DNA of 64,000 nucleotides from an uncultured archaeon (GCA_963817525.1 CAWFOU010000007.1:352001-416000), one strand, 5' to 3'; shown: positions 1 through 10,982, numbered from the stretch's first letter. Translations and numbers: made by a program. The notes: generated by a model not told the origin, from the sequence alone.

Positions 1-22
1 GGAGTTCGAGGCGTACAAGTAG
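1..22 (+). CDS. 3' end of an unknown gene running in from the left edge
   Basis: Frame GAG TTC GAG GCG TAC AAG TAG (EFEAYK*) with host-like codon usage; too short to assign. Confidence 0.3.
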
Positions 23-127
23 CGCCAGTCAGGTCCCAAGTACCAATACGAATGTCTTCGTTGTCGGCACGCCAGCTTTTCGGGGTCGGTCGGATATAAA
101 AAACACAGGCCGCTCCTGTGGCCGGGC

Positions 128-1678
128 TCAGTCCATGTAGTCCAGGAGGGTGGTGGGCTTCTTGGGCTCCCTGCGGGCGGGCTTCGCCTCCCCTCCCTTC
201 GGGGCGGAGACCATGCTCTTCATGAGCTTCTCACGGCGCAGGCTGCTGTAGAAGTAGGCTTCGTCGACCGTCCCCTCCGCGAGCAGGACTATCACCTTGC
301 CCTGCATGGTCCTCCCCGTCCTGCCCTTGCGCTGGATCGCCCTTATCTCTGACGGGACCGCCTCGTAGAATACCACGAGGTCGACGTCGGGGACGTGGAG
401 GCCCTCCTCCCCTATGCTGCTGCTGACCAGGACGTTGAACTCGCCCTCGGTGAACCTCTCGAGGACGTCGGTCTGCCTCTTCTGGTCCATCCCCTCGCTG
501 TCCGCCTTGTTGGCCTGCCCCACGAACCTGTGCGCGCTTATCCCGTCCTTCGCGAGCGTCTCGACTATCGACTCGATGGTGTCCCTGTACTGGGTGAAGA
601 CGATTATCTTGGAGGCCGGCTTGGCCGCGAACTGGCCCTTGACTATCTTCCTGATCTCGGTGAGCTTGGGATACTCGATCGCCTGGACCCGCTTCGCCTC
701 GTCCTCGAGCATGATCCATCTGGGGTCCTTCATGAGCGCGGTGGCTGACTTGCCCTGTTCGGGCTTTTCCCTCATCCGCTTGAGGTACTTCAGAAGGACG
801 TCCACCCCCTGCGTCTCCGCCAGCTCGAGGGCGTGGTTGACCATGATGGCCTGAGCCTGCGTGATCAGTGCCCCGTAGATGTAGCCCTTGTTCCCCCCGG
901 CCCTCAGCCTAGCCACCATCGTCGCCCTGGCCTGGAGGAGGATCTTCTTGGAGAGCCGGGTCTTCGGGACGAAGCCCGACTCCATGAGCCTGTTCACCTT
1001 CTCGTTGTAGACGTCGCGAAGGATGCTTAGGAGCTGGCCGTACTCCTCCGGAAGGGCGACCTTCCTACCCTCGAACTCGGTGTGCTCCACGTAGCCCTTG
1101 ACGTCCTCGTCCTCCTCGCTCCTCGCCTCGACGTGTTCGATGAAGAGGTTGTTCACGATCTCGTTGATCTTCTCCCTCGAGCCACCCGGGGAGGCGGTGA
1201 GACCTAGTATGAGCGGGGTCCACGCGGTCTCCTTGTAGACCTTGGCGACTTCGGTATAGGAGTAGTCCTTCACCGAGCGGTGGGCCTCGTCGAAGACGAG
1301 GAGGACGACGTCGTTGAGGTCGATCCGCCCGTGGCGCATGTCGTTCCTCACCGTCTGCGGGGTGGCGAAGACGAACCTCGACCTTCTCCAGAGGTAATCC
1401 CTCTCCTCGGGGGGGTTCTCGCCGGTGAGGAGCGCGATGTCCTTGGCTTCCAGCGAGAGGATCTCCTTGAAGGAGTTGTAGTGTTGGAGGACGAGCGGCT
1501 TGGTGGGCGCGAGGACGACCACCTTCCCGTTCGGGAACTTCTCCAGCCTAAGCCTGGCGACCAGCAGGGCGATTATCGTCTTGCCCAGCCCGGTGGGGAG
1601 GACCACGAGGGTATTCGCCTCGGAGGCCGCTTTGGCTATCGTCTCCTGGTATCCGCGCGGCCGGAGGGGGCTCGACAT
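128..1678 (-). CDS. Hef/FANCM (ERCC4-related) DEAH-box helicase, helicase domain only
   Basis: Motifs PTGLGKT, DEAH, TASPG, EEGLHVP, QRKGRTGR; no C-terminal ERCC4 nuclease; ends in PIP-box-like PTTLLDYM. Confidence 0.9.
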   Translation of the reverse strand: MSSPLRPRGYQETIAKAASEANTLVVLPTGLGKTIIALLVARLRLEKFPNGKVVVLAPTKPLVLQHYNSFKEILSLEAKDIALLTGENPPEERDYLWRRSRFVFATPQTVRNDMRHGRIDLNDVVLLVFDEAHRSVKDYSYTEVAKVYKETAWTPLILGLTASPGGSREKINEIVNNLFIEHVEARSEEDEDVKGYVEHTEFEGRKVALPEEYGQLLSILRDVYNEKVNRLMESGFVPKTRLSKKILLQARATMVARLRAGGNKGYIYGALITQAQAIMVNHALELAETQGVDVLLKYLKRMREKPEQGKSATALMKDPRWIMLEDEAKRVQAIEYPKLTEIRKIVKGQFAAKPASKIIVFTQYRDTIESIVETLAKDGISAHRFVGQANKADSEGMDQKRQTDVLERFTEGEFNVLVSSSIGEEGLHVPDVDLVVFYEAVPSEIRAIQRKGRTGRTMQGKVIVLLAEGTVDEAYFYSSLRREKLMKSMVSAPKGGEAKPARREPKKPTTLLDYMD

Positions 1679-1749
1679 GAAGGGCCTGTAGAGCGATTCG
1701 CGGTGTCTACAAATGCATTTGCGTCGGCGCCTCCGTGAAGGTTGGCGAA

Positions 1750-3120
1750 TCAGCCCTTCGTGATGCGCAGCCCTGAGGCGTCAAAAGCGAGCTGCCTCGA
1801 GTAGAGCCTCCTGATCAGGTTCATGTCCCTTTCGTCATGGGCCTTCGAGAGGATGATGAAGATCGATGTCGCGTCGCCTTGGCTGAGGATCTCGTTGGCC
1901 TGCCCGAGGAACTTGTAGGTATCCTCGAATCCCGAGTCCAAGACAAAAGAGGATATGTTGTCGAAGACCATCGCCTTGGACTGCTGAGGGGCGGAGGCGA
2001 AGGCTTCGTCTATGATGTTGAGGAGCGCCGCGAGGTCGTTTCGCGGGACCAACACTTCAAGCGGCCTTTCGCCTGGCTTTGGATAGGCGGTCTGTGAAAA
2101 GAGGAAAAAGCGGATGCCAGGGACCTCCTTCAGGCGGATGTACAGTGGGCTCGTCTTCGTCGTGAACACGAACACGATTCGCCCGGTCGCGAGCATCTCC
2201 TCTGCAAAGTCACGTATCCATACCTCGTAGTTGAAGGCCGGGTCTGCCTCGAGAAGCGCGGAGCCCTCGTAGGAGGACGCCGGGGCCCGCCGCGCGGCCC
2301 CAGAATCGAACTTCGCCGGTTGGTTCGCCGGCTGCACGCTCTCGAGTGGCCGTATGAGGTCCTCGAGGATGGAGTTCCGCCGCGCCGCCAGGCCTGTCAT
2401 CACAAGCAGGAGGCCCGCCACGAGTTGTCCTAGGCTGGCCGCGTCTATCCCCAAGCTCGGCAGATAGCCGAATACCAAGAGGCCGTCGAAGGCTATCAGG
2501 TCCCATCCTCCGACGAAGAGGGCGATGGCGCGCCTGGTCGCCCGGTCGGGGAGCTTCTTGATGGCCAGGACATACTGCATCGATGGAAGGAGCAGGAAGG
2601 CGCCGAAGGCGAGCACGCCGAGGAAGAGAATTGGGTCGTAGAATCGGGGGAGGAGCGCCGGCGAGCCTGTCCAGTCGCGGACCGTCAGTAACACGAATGG
2701 CCTCCTGATCACCAAGAAGGCGTCGACGGCGGCCAGGTATGCGATGAAGAGGAGCATGGACAAGCCAAAGGGGAAGAAGCGCGTCGTCGCCAGCCCGACT
2801 ATCCTGTCTCCGATGGTGGGCTCGGGCGGGCGGCAGTAGACGATGTAGGCCAGGGCTGTAAGGACTATCCCCGTCCAGAGGACCAGCGATAGCGTGGCGA
2901 CCGCGTAGAAATCCATGAAGCTTGGAGAGAAGGGAAGCGATACCCTCAGGAGTTCCAAGAAGAAGTTGGTCAGTATGAACGCGTGAGCGGCGACGAGCAG
3001 CAACTTCGCGTCATGGAGGCGGCTCAGCCTCTGCCTTAGGACGTAGCGGAGGGAGAGACCCACGGCCCCGAACTCGACGACGGCGAAGAGCAGATTGACC
3101 AGAGAAGGCAGCGCGGCCGT
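1750..3120 (-). CDS. Multi-TM membrane protein with C-terminal inactive KaiC/RecA-like (DUF835-type) domain
   Basis: About 7 hydrophobic helices, then VFDNISS..FEDTYKFL-type domain. ORF track starts at GTG 3063, but the frame is open and hydrophobic up to ACG 3120, 8 nt after GGAGG. Confidence 0.65.
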   Translation of the reverse strand, partial: TAALPSLVNLLFAVVEFGAVGLSLRYVLRQRLSRLHDAKLLLVAAHAFILTNFFLELLRVSLPFSPSFMDFYAVATLSLVLWTGIVLTALAYIVYCRPPEPTIGDRIVGLATTRFFPFGLSMLLFIAYLAAVDAFLVIRRPFVLLTVRDWTGSPALLPRFYDPILFLGVLAFGAFLLLPSMQYVLAIKKLPDRATRRAIALFVGGWDLIAFDGLLVFGYLPSLGIDAASLGQLVAGLLLVMTGLAARRNSILEDLIRPLESVQPANQPAKFDSGAARRAPASSYEGSALLEADPAFNYEVWIRDFAEEMLATGRIVFVFTTKTSPLYIRLKEVPGIRFFLFSQTAYPKPGERPLEVLVPRNDLAALLNIIDEAFASAPQQSKAMVFDNISSFVLDSGFEDTYKFLGQANEILSQGDATSIFIILSKAHDERDMNLIRRLYSRQLAFDASGLRITKG

Positions 3121-3355
3121 TAGAGTCCCCTCCTCTCAGGAGGCATTGGGAGCGCTCTCCCTCAGGGGCATATCTGTTTTCAGGCCTTTTTGCAGCATTC
3201 GTGTCGCATTTTAGGAAGATGGTTCATCCCATCTGGATGGATCCTCCATCGCCGCTGGATTTCAAAGAGCCCGCTCACTCGTCCTTTGGGCCCAGATGAG
3301 TCATCCAGAAACACACTTCTTATAATCAACGGTCCAGCCCCTGCACGAATCGAAT

Positions 3356-4312
3356 TTGGACCAGATCCGGGTCGAAGCTCCCGCCTCCTCGGCCAACCTC
3401 GGCCCGGGCTTCGACGTGTTCGCGCTAGCCCTCGACAGCCCCAGGGACAGCGTCCGCCTTCGGCTGGGGGGCGCGGGAGCGGGCGGGCCATCCGTCAAGA
3501 TGATGAAGGTCACCGGCCTGGAGGTCCCAAAGTCCGAGGGGGAGAACGGGGCATGCGTCGTCTGCCTAGAGATCGCCAGGGAGCACGGCATCAAGAAGGA
3601 GATCGCAGTGGAGCTAGAAAAGAGGGTTCCGATAGGCATGGGGATGGGGAGCAGTGGGGCTTCGGCCGCGGCGGCCGCGTTCGCCATGAACGAGCTGCTC
3701 GGGCTGGGCCTTACCTCGGACGAGCTGATCTTCTACGCCGGCAAGGGGGAGGGTGTCACCTCCGGGTCGAGGCACTATGACAACGTGGCCGCGTCCATCC
3801 TCGGGGGGTTCGTGGTGGTCAGGGGAGGGGAGGGCGAGAAGCCCGCGGCGGTCAGGTTCGACCCTCCGGCCGGCCTCGCGCTCTGCGTCGCGACGCCGGT
3901 TGTGAGCCTCCCGGGAAGGAAGACGGAGTACGCGCGCTCCCTGCTCCCGGAGTCCGTCCCGCTCGGGACGCTGGTCGAGAACGTCGCCAACGCCAGCCTG
4001 ATGGTCTCGGGGTTCGCCAAGAAGGATATCAAGCTCATAGGCAAGGGGATGACCGACAGGGCAGTGGAGCAGGCGAGGAAGTCCATGATTCCGGGCTTTG
4101 ACCGCGTAAAGTCCCGGGCGATCGAGGCCGGGGCGGAGGGGGTGTGCATCAGCGGGGCGGGGCCGTCGATGCTGGCGATAGTGGACAAGAGGAGGAGCAG
4201 GCCCGAGAAGGTCCTGGCCGCGATGCAGGGGGCTTTCGGGCACGAGAGGGTAAAGTCAAGCGGCTACGTCACAAAGGTCGGTAGGGGAGCCAGGGTTGTC
4301 AAAGGTCGCTAA
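3356..4312 (+). CDS. thrB: Homoserine kinase
   Basis: APASSANLGPGFD, PIGMGMGSSGASA, HYDNV and ISGAGPS GHMP-kinase motifs; adjacent to thrC. Confidence 0.95.
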   Translation: MDQIRVEAPASSANLGPGFDVFALALDSPRDSVRLRLGGAGAGGPSVKMMKVTGLEVPKSEGENGACVVCLEIAREHGIKKEIAVELEKRVPIGMGMGSSGASAAAAAFAMNELLGLGLTSDELIFYAGKGEGVTSGSRHYDNVAASILGGFVVVRGGEGEKPAAVRFDPPAGLALCVATPVVSLPGRKTEYARSLLPESVPLGTLVENVANASLMVSGFAKKDIKLIGKGMTDRAVEQARKSMIPGFDRVKSRAIEAGAEGVCISGAGPSMLAIVDKRRSRPEKVLAAMQGAFGHERVKSSGYVTKVGRGARVVKGR

Positions 4313-5522
4313 GGGGTGGACGCAGAGGTGTGTTGGTTGCGGGGCGATCTACCCGGAGGACGTGAGGAGCTACGTCTGCGGCAAGTGCGGGAACTTGCTG
4401 GAACTGGTCAAGGACAGCCCGGTCTCGAGGACCGGGCTATACGGAGAGTCAAGAGAGCCCGGCATCTGGAGATATAGGAAGGCCCTCCCGCTCGAGCCTG
4501 ACGTCGAGCCGGTCTCGCTCTCGGAGGGATACACCCCCCTCGTCCTGGTCGGGAGGATGGGGGCCAAGCTGGGGCTCAAAGGGCTCCACGTCAAGAACGA
4601 GGGGCAGAACCCCTCGGGGTCGTTCAAGGACAGGGGGATGACCGTCGCGGTCACGCGCGCGGTGCGCGGAGGGTCCAGGCTCCTCGTCTGCGCCTCTACG
4701 GGGAACACCGCGGCCTCGATGGCGGCCTACGCCGCGAGGGCGGGGGTGACGGCGATAGTCACCGTGCCCGCGGGCAAGGTCGCGTCGGGGAAGCTCGCTC
4801 AGGTCTACGCCTACGGCGCCAAGATTGTCCGGGTCGAGGGAGACTTCGACGCGGCGCTGCAGATCACACTAAAGGTCGCCGAGGAGATCAAGGAGCTCTC
4901 GGTGATGAACTCGGTTAACCCCTACAGGATAGAGGGGCAAAAGACAAACGCCTACGAGCTCTACGAGCAGCTGGGGTACAAGGTGCCCGACTACGTCGTC
5001 CTCCCCGTCGGGAACGCGGGCAACATCAGCGCCATCTGGAAGGGGTTCAAGGAGCTCAAAGAGTGGAGGATATCCGAATCGCTTCCCCGGATGGTGGCCG
5101 TGCAGGCGGCGGGCGCCCAGCCCATAGTGGAGGCGTTCGAGCACGGACGTGACTCGGTCGTCCCGGTCCAGCCCAACACGATCGCCTCGGCGATAAACAT
5201 CGGGAACCCAGCGTCTTGGAGGAAGGCCCTCGCGGCGATACGCGACTCGAAGGGGATGGCGCTCGCGGTGAGCGACGAGGAGACGATCGCGGCGAGGATG
5301 GACCTCGCCGCCACGGAGGGGATTTTCGTGGAGCCGGCCAGCGCCGTCCCGATAGCGGCGGTGAAGAAGCTCAGGGGAAAGATCCCGAGCGGCGCCACCG
5401 TAGTGTGCATCTGCACCGGGAACGGGCTGAAGGACCAGGAGAGCGTGAGGGTCCAGCTCGACTCGACCCCGCTGGTCGCCAGCTCGGAGCAGTTGGTCAA
5501 CCTCTTGGCGAAGACCGTCTAG
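4296..5522 (+). CDS. thrC: Threonine synthase
   Basis: N-terminal CxxC..CxxC, NPSGSFKDRG PLP lysine, ASTGNT, PVGNAGN, EPASA, TGNGLK. Confidence 0.95.
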   Translation: MSKVAKGWTQRCVGCGAIYPEDVRSYVCGKCGNLLELVKDSPVSRTGLYGESREPGIWRYRKALPLEPDVEPVSLSEGYTPLVLVGRMGAKLGLKGLHVKNEGQNPSGSFKDRGMTVAVTRAVRGGSRLLVCASTGNTAASMAAYAARAGVTAIVTVPAGKVASGKLAQVYAYGAKIVRVEGDFDAALQITLKVAEEIKELSVMNSVNPYRIEGQKTNAYELYEQLGYKVPDYVVLPVGNAGNISAIWKGFKELKEWRISESLPRMVAVQAAGAQPIVEAFEHGRDSVVPVQPNTIASAINIGNPASWRKALAAIRDSKGMALAVSDEETIAARMDLAATEGIFVEPASAVPIAAVKKLRGKIPSGATVVCICTGNGLKDQESVRVQLDSTPLVASSEQLVNLLAKTV

Positions 5523-5525
5523 GCC

Positions 5526-6239
5526 CTATGCGAGGCCTCGCAGGAACTCCAATACGGAGTCGGTGAACTTCTCGTTCTCCCAAAGGAAGAAGAGGTGACC
5601 TCCCCTGAATTCGATGAGCCTTGAGCCCTTGATCCCAGAGCGGAGCTCTTCGACAAGGCCCTTCGGGGCGAGCGTGTCCCTGTCCCCTCGCATTATGAGG
5701 GTGGGTGCGGCGATCCTGCCGAGTCGGTATGTGCAGTCGAATTTTGACGACGCCTCGAGCTGGCGGATGAAGGCATAGTGGGGCTGCGGAGATTTGCCGA
5801 ACGCTCCGCTCCCCGTGATGCGCTTGGTCAGCTTGCCGAACCTCAGGAACAGGGAGGACCTGCTCTCCCTGGTGACGCGGGCCGAGGTGGAGACGAGTAT
5901 CAAGGCCCTGACCATCTCAGGATATCTGATCGCGAGGTCCATCGCGATCCTGCCGCCCATCGAGACGCCGAGGACGTCCGCTCGCTTGACGTCGAGGGCC
6001 TTCATCAGGCCTGCTGCGTCGTCCGCCATCATCTCTATCGTGTAGGGAACGTCAGGCTTGTCGGTCTGTCCCGCCCCTCTGTTGTCAAACGCGATGACCT
6101 TCCGGTCCTTTAAGAAGATCGGGATCGTCCTCGTGAAGAGGGAGACTGCCGAGCCAAGCCCCCCTATCAGCAACAGAGGCTCTCCTTCCCCGTGGACCTC
6201 GTAGTGCACCCCTATGCCGTTGACTTTGGTCTTCGGCAC
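5526..6239 (-). CDS. Alpha/beta hydrolase
   Basis: DNRGAG, GVSMGG nucleophile elbow, GDRD, GGH. Confidence 0.9.
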   Translation of the reverse strand: MPKTKVNGIGVHYEVHGEGEPLLLIGGLGSAVSLFTRTIPIFLKDRKVIAFDNRGAGQTDKPDVPYTIEMMADDAAGLMKALDVKRADVLGVSMGGRIAMDLAIRYPEMVRALILVSTSARVTRESRSSLFLRFGKLTKRITGSGAFGKSPQPHYAFIRQLEASSKFDCTYRLGRIAAPTLIMRGDRDTLAPKGLVEELRSGIKGSRLIEFRGGHLFFLWENEKFTDSVLEFLRGLA

Positions 6240-6249
6240 CCTCCCACCC

Positions 6250-7080
6250 TTACTCTAGGGGCGAGCCGTGGGGATGGTGGCGCGAGGTCAGCCGGATGAC
6301 GTTTGTCGTGTTCTTGCTGGGGCGGACCTCGACCGTGTCCCTCGTGGTGATCCTGAGGCCCTTCCTGGACTTGGTCACGCCGAAGAGGTGCGCGTCCGCG
6401 TCGCGCATCAGGCTGATCTTGAAGCTCGACCCCCACGGGACCGTGTAGCGGAGGGGGTGGACCTTCGAGCCCGCTCGGGAGGTGTAGGTGGGGGCTATGT
6501 GGCAGACGCCCACCTCGTCGTGCCCGATGAGCCTGAACTTCTCGGGCTCGAGCCGGTCGCCTTTGTCCAGCTTGTCGAGATAGGAGTAGTACCCCGTGGA
6601 GCCTGCCGAGGTCGTGAGCACGATGCCGTTAGAGACCGCCGAGTCGGTGAACTCCGCCCCCTTCCCGCCCACGCTCATGGTGTAGCGTATGCAGTTGCTG
6701 TCCGCGCCCTTCTCCAGCGAGACGTCGGTGAAGATCTCCCCCTTGAACTCCCCGCCGCTTATGGAGACCTCCAGGCGCTTGTGCCTCATGACTTCGTACC
6801 TGCCCGCCTTCACCTCGCGCAGCGCTGCCTCCAGGCCCGTGAGGTACACCTCGGCGAGGCGGGCCTTTGAGTCAGTTGGCCTGCGCGACTTGGTCCCGAC
6901 GAAGAGGAGGGGGATCGCGAGCTGCCTCCCCTGGTAGCTGAATAGGCCGTCGCCGCCGACCACCACGCCGAACGTGGGGCTGGCCGCGGAGTGCTCTATG
7001 CCCGCCTTTCTCAGGACGGAGACCACCTCGCTCTCGCTGACCTTGGGCCTTTCCGAGTCGACGAGGACAGCGGCCTTCAA
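6250..7080 (-). CDS. NAD(+) kinase-like protein
   Basis: VVGGDG motif and GIVLTTSAGSTGY; the usual NE motif reads TD. Confidence 0.7.
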   Translation of the reverse strand: MKAAVLVDSERPKVSESEVVSVLRKAGIEHSAASPTFGVVVGGDGLFSYQGRQLAIPLLFVGTKSRRPTDSKARLAEVYLTGLEAALREVKAGRYEVMRHKRLEVSISGGEFKGEIFTDVSLEKGADSNCIRYTMSVGGKGAEFTDSAVSNGIVLTTSAGSTGYYSYLDKLDKGDRLEPEKFRLIGHDEVGVCHIAPTYTSRAGSKVHPLRYTVPWGSSFKISLMRDADAHLFGVTKSRKGLRITTRDTVEVRPSKNTTNVIRLTSRHHPHGSPLE

Positions 7081-7081
7081 G

Positions 7082-9151
7082 CTACGCGCCTCCTTCCACT
7101 GGCGTGGCGTCGAGCTCCCGCCTCAGTGCCTCGACGTCCGTGACGGGGGCCTTGCAGGCGAAGTTCTCGCAGACATAGACGGTGGGCATCCCCTTGATGC
7201 TGCCCTTCCCCTCCGTGAGCTGCGCCATCGCGGGGTCGCCGTCCGCCATCGCGAGAACCTTCGTGGGGAGGTATCGCGTCTGGACCTCCCTCACCATCGC
7301 GCCCAGCTCGCCCGGTCCCCAGCCGCTGGCCACGACCACCTCCTTCGAGCCGAAGGAGAAGTCGACCGCCCCGAGCATCTCGAGGTATCCGGTGGGCATC
7401 GACTCCATCGGGTCGGCGAAGAGCTTCAGCGTCGTCTCCGCCATCTCCCTGAAGTCCTGGTTGCCCGTGAACTCGGCGAGGCGGAGGAGGTCGAGCGCCG
7501 CCACGGAGTTGCCCGACGGGGTGGGGCCGTCGTAGCCCTCCTTGATCGCCACTATCTCTCTCCCGGGCGGAGTGAGGAAGAATGCCCCGCGCTCGGCGTC
7601 CCAGAAGGCGGCGACCATCTCGTTCGCGAGGGTGATCGCGGCGGACATCCACTTCTTTTCGAAAGAGGCCTCGTAGAGGTCGAGGAGGCCGGCGACGAGG
7701 AAGGAGTAGTCCTCCAGGTTCCCCTCTATGGCGACGTCCCCGTCCCTGTATCTCCTTAGCAGCATCGGGCTCGCGCCCGTCCTGACCAGCTTGGAGAGGA
7801 CGAACTCGGCGCCCCTCTTCGCGGCCGAGAGGTAGGTCTCGTCCTGGAGTGCCTGGTAGGCGCACGCGAAGGCGGAGATCGCGAGCCCGTTCCAGGACGC
7901 GAGGACCTTGTCGTCGACCCGCGGCCTGTTTCTCTTCCTCCTCGCCTCGAGGAGGGCGCGCCTCCCTCTCTCCAGGGCCTTGTCGACCTTTTCGGCGGTG
8001 AGGCCGAGCTTGGCCGCAGTCCTCTCCGGGGTCGTGGCTATGCTGAGGATGGACCTGCCACCCTCGAAGTTCCCGTCGGGCGAGACGCCGTAGTAGTCGC
8101 AGAAGACCGCGGCGTCCTCCTTCCCGAGGGACTGGGAGACCTCCGAGGGCGTCCAGGTGTAGTAGTACCCCTCCCCGTCGGGTGTGTCCGCGTCTTCCGC
8201 CGAGAAGAAGCCTCCCTCGGGGGAGGTCATCTCGTCGAGTATCCAGCCGAGGGTGTCCCTGGCCGTAAGGGCGAACCTCCCCACGCGGGTCGAGCGGTAG
8301 GCGTCGGCGTAGACCCTCGCGAGGAGGGCGTTGTCGTAGAGCATCTTCTCAAAGTGCGGCACCAGCCAGTACCTGTCCGTGGAGTACCTGTGGAAGCCCC
8401 CGGCGAGGTGGTCGTGGATCCCCCCGGCGGCCATCGCGTCGAGAGTCTTCACGACGGGGTTGAGCGCGGAGCCCTTGCCGGTCCTTGCGTTGTACCGGAG
8501 GAGGAAGCCGAGGTAGCTCGGGAGCGGGAACTTCGGCGGGCGGCCGAACCCCCCGAACTGCGGGTCGTGGGCCGAGACGACCACCGCGTAGGCGTTGTCC
8601 AGCAGCGCCTTCGAGAGCTGCCCCTCCTTGAGGGCGTAGCCGTCGCTTATCGCCTTGGTTATCTCTTCCGAGCTCTGGACGACCTCCCCGCGCTTTGTCT
8701 TCCACGTGTCGGCGATGAAGTTCAGGACATCGGGGAAGCCCGGGAGGCCGTGCCTCGGGACGGGAGGGAAGTAGGTCCCGCCGTAGAAGGGCTTCAGGTC
8801 GGGCGTGAGGAAGACGGAGAGAGGCCAGCCCCCGTGGCCCGTGAGCGTTGTGACCGCCTTCATGTAGACCTCGTCGAGGTCGGGCCTCTCCTCCCTGTCC
8901 ACCTTGATTGGGACGAACTTCTCGTTGAGGATGGCAGCTGTCTTCTCGTCCTCGAAGGACTCGTGTGCCATCACTCCGCACCAGTGACATGTGGAATACC
9001 CGATGCTTAGGAAGACCGGCTTGTCTTCTCTCTTCGCTTTCGCGAACGCCTCGTCTCCCCATACGAACCAGTCAACAGGATTATAGGCGTGCTGGATGAG
9101 GTACGGGCTCTTTTCGTTGATGAGGTGATTGGGCTTTCTTTCCTCTCCCAT
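7082..9151 (-). CDS. Thioredoxin-domain/six-hairpin glycosidase-like protein (YyaL/DUF255 family)
   Basis: [43 protein letters not shown]; ATG at 9151 (TTG 9172 alternative). Confidence 0.92.
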   Translation of the reverse strand: MGEERKPNHLINEKSPYLIQHAYNPVDWFVWGDEAFAKAKREDKPVFLSIGYSTCHWCGVMAHESFEDEKTAAILNEKFVPIKVDREERPDLDEVYMKAVTTLTGHGGWPLSVFLTPDLKPFYGGTYFPPVPRHGLPGFPDVLNFIADTWKTKRGEVVQSSEEITKAISDGYALKEGQLSKALLDNAYAVVVSAHDPQFGGFGRPPKFPLPSYLGFLLRYNARTGKGSALNPVVKTLDAMAAGGIHDHLAGGFHRYSTDRYWLVPHFEKMLYDNALLARVYADAYRSTRVGRFALTARDTLGWILDEMTSPEGGFFSAEDADTPDGEGYYYTWTPSEVSQSLGKEDAAVFCDYYGVSPDGNFEGGRSILSIATTPERTAAKLGLTAEKVDKALERGRRALLEARRKRNRPRVDDKVLASWNGLAISAFACAYQALQDETYLSAAKRGAEFVLSKLVRTGASPMLLRRYRDGDVAIEGNLEDYSFLVAGLLDLYEASFEKKWMSAAITLANEMVAAFWDAERGAFFLTPPGREIVAIKEGYDGPTPSGNSVAALDLLRLAEFTGNQDFREMAETTLKLFADPMESMPTGYLEMLGAVDFSFGSKEVVVASGWGPGELGAMVREVQTRYLPTKVLAMADGDPAMAQLTEGKGSIKGMPTVYVCENFACKAPVTDVEALRRELDATPVEGGA

Positions 9152-9207
9152 TTTCAGTTCCCTTCCGTCCAAGCCCGCGATTTAAGGTGTGCCCAGCTTG
9201 CTGACAC

Positions 9208-10246
9208 TCATTCTCCTTTCCGTGTTTTGCGAAATCTCTCCTTTCTGCGGTAAGCGGTTCTAATCGAGCAGTTTAAGGAGTCCGCGACCTCCTCCACGCT
9301 AAGACCTCTCGCGAAGAGCGCATAGGTTGACTCAACCCTCTGGTTGAATATTTCCTGCTTTCTCCGCCTGCGGTCGGCTCTCAAAATGAATCGTCGTGTG
9401 GTTATCGCCTCAAGAGCATCTCTTTGGGCTAGAATCTTTCTCCTGTAATCCTTGTAGACTGGTCCCGCAACACTCCAAGGGTGCCCATCGTAGGTAAATG
9501 CTAGTTGGCGCCCTACGATTTTTTCCTTATGTCTGAATTGGATTTTGGTAAGAAGTCTTAGTACGTAGTCTGAGTGCGCGTACAATTCGAACATGCCCGG
9601 CTTCGTAGCATAGATGCTAGCACCGTATTCCCTCGAATCCAAGCCTCTCAGGAAGTCATCCAGTAACCGGCGGTTCATATTGCTGAGGCTGTATTCCGCG
9701 CGGGTCTTTCGCCCACTCATGGAGAGCCCGACGTGGCTCTCTGCGTCGGAAAAACCGCCCAACGCGCTGTAGAACAACACGTCATCCTTCAATACTGACC
9801 GTTCGACCCGCTTGGCCTTGGTCAGTAGGAAGTCAAAAGACGAGGATAGGTCGTAAGTCGCCCTTAGGGCATAGTGCCCGTTCGGCGTCAGAGTCGGCAC
9901 GAATATTGGTTTTGCGTGGCCTCCAAACAGGTCTCGCAGAAGTTCTAGTTGCGCGGGGTGAGTGGTTGATCCTTCGACCCTGACCTTTGTCCCGTGGCGA
10001 TACGTGTGCAAGTCTCCGGCTGCAAAGTATGTCAGCTGTCCTCTCAATATCGCTACCAATGAAGGGCCGAAGGTGCTGAGGAGGTCGAGTATTCCCAACA
10101 TTCAAGAGGTCGGATTCCGGGAACAGGTCGGCGTAAGACAGGGATCCAGGACAGCTAGGAGCCGAAAAAATCGACGGTTCGACAGCAGGGACTGGAGAAG
10201 ATATCGAATCTGGGGCCCGTATTCCGAACTTTCGAATCGCAGTCAT
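9208..10246 (-). pseudogene. Frameshifted LAGLIDADG-like protein with C-terminal HTH
   Basis: Motifs YFAAGDL and LGGFSDAES; C-terminal GLSVEEVADSLNCSIRTAYR HTH. The upstream part (RPFIGSDIER) lies in another frame, with the shift near 10040. GC is lower than the flanks. Confidence 0.6.
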
Positions 10247-10393
10247 GGATGAAATATCTTCGTCTATCGTAAATGGTCATGAAATTAAAGCGCCAATGAA
10301 AAAATCTCATTTGTGAGGGCGAAGAGGTCGGCGCCAGCCTCGGGCTTCGGGACCCTCGAACTCCTTTTAAGTTTCGGAAGGAAATGACGCGAC

Positions 10394-10978
10394 ATGCCAA
10401 AGAAGGTCCTGATGATCGTCGGAGACTTCGTGGAGGACTATGAGGCGATGGTCCCCTTCCAGGTGCTGACCATGGCCGGGCACACGGTCCACACCGTATC
10501 CCCCGGGAAGAAGCCCGGCAGCTCGGTGAAGACGGCGATACACGACTTCGAGGGCGACCAGACCTACAGCGAAAAGCGAGGGCACAACTTCGCGATCAAC
10601 ACTGACTTTGACAAGATCAAGCCAGAGGACTACGACGCGCTCTTCGTGCCCGGGGGGAGGGCCCCCGAGTATCTCAGGCTCAACGAACGGGTGCTTGAGA
10701 TTGTCCGATATTTTGACAAGGCAGACAAGCCTCTCGGGACGCTGTGTCACGGCCCCCAGGTCCTTGCGGCCGCCGGAATCCTGGAAGGGAGGAAGCTGAC
10801 CGCGTACCCCGCGATATCGCCCGAGCTCAAGAGGGCCGGCGCCAAGTGGGTCGCGGCGAACGCCACGTTCTCCAACGCGACGGTGGACGGGAACCTCACC
10901 AGCACGCCTGCTTGGCCGGGCCACCCCGAGCTGCTCCGCGCGTTCCTGGAGATGCTGGGCACGAAAATCACTTCGTAG
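10394..10978 (+). CDS. DJ-1/PfpI family protein
   Basis: GDFVEDYE, PGGRAPEY, LCHGPQ catalytic Cys-His. Confidence 0.93.
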   Translation: MPKKVLMIVGDFVEDYEAMVPFQVLTMAGHTVHTVSPGKKPGSSVKTAIHDFEGDQTYSEKRGHNFAINTDFDKIKPEDYDALFVPGGRAPEYLRLNERVLEIVRYFDKADKPLGTLCHGPQVLAAAGILEGRKLTAYPAISPELKRAGAKWVAANATFSNATVDGNLTSTPAWPGHPELLRAFLEMLGTKITS

Positions 10979-10982
10979 CAGG

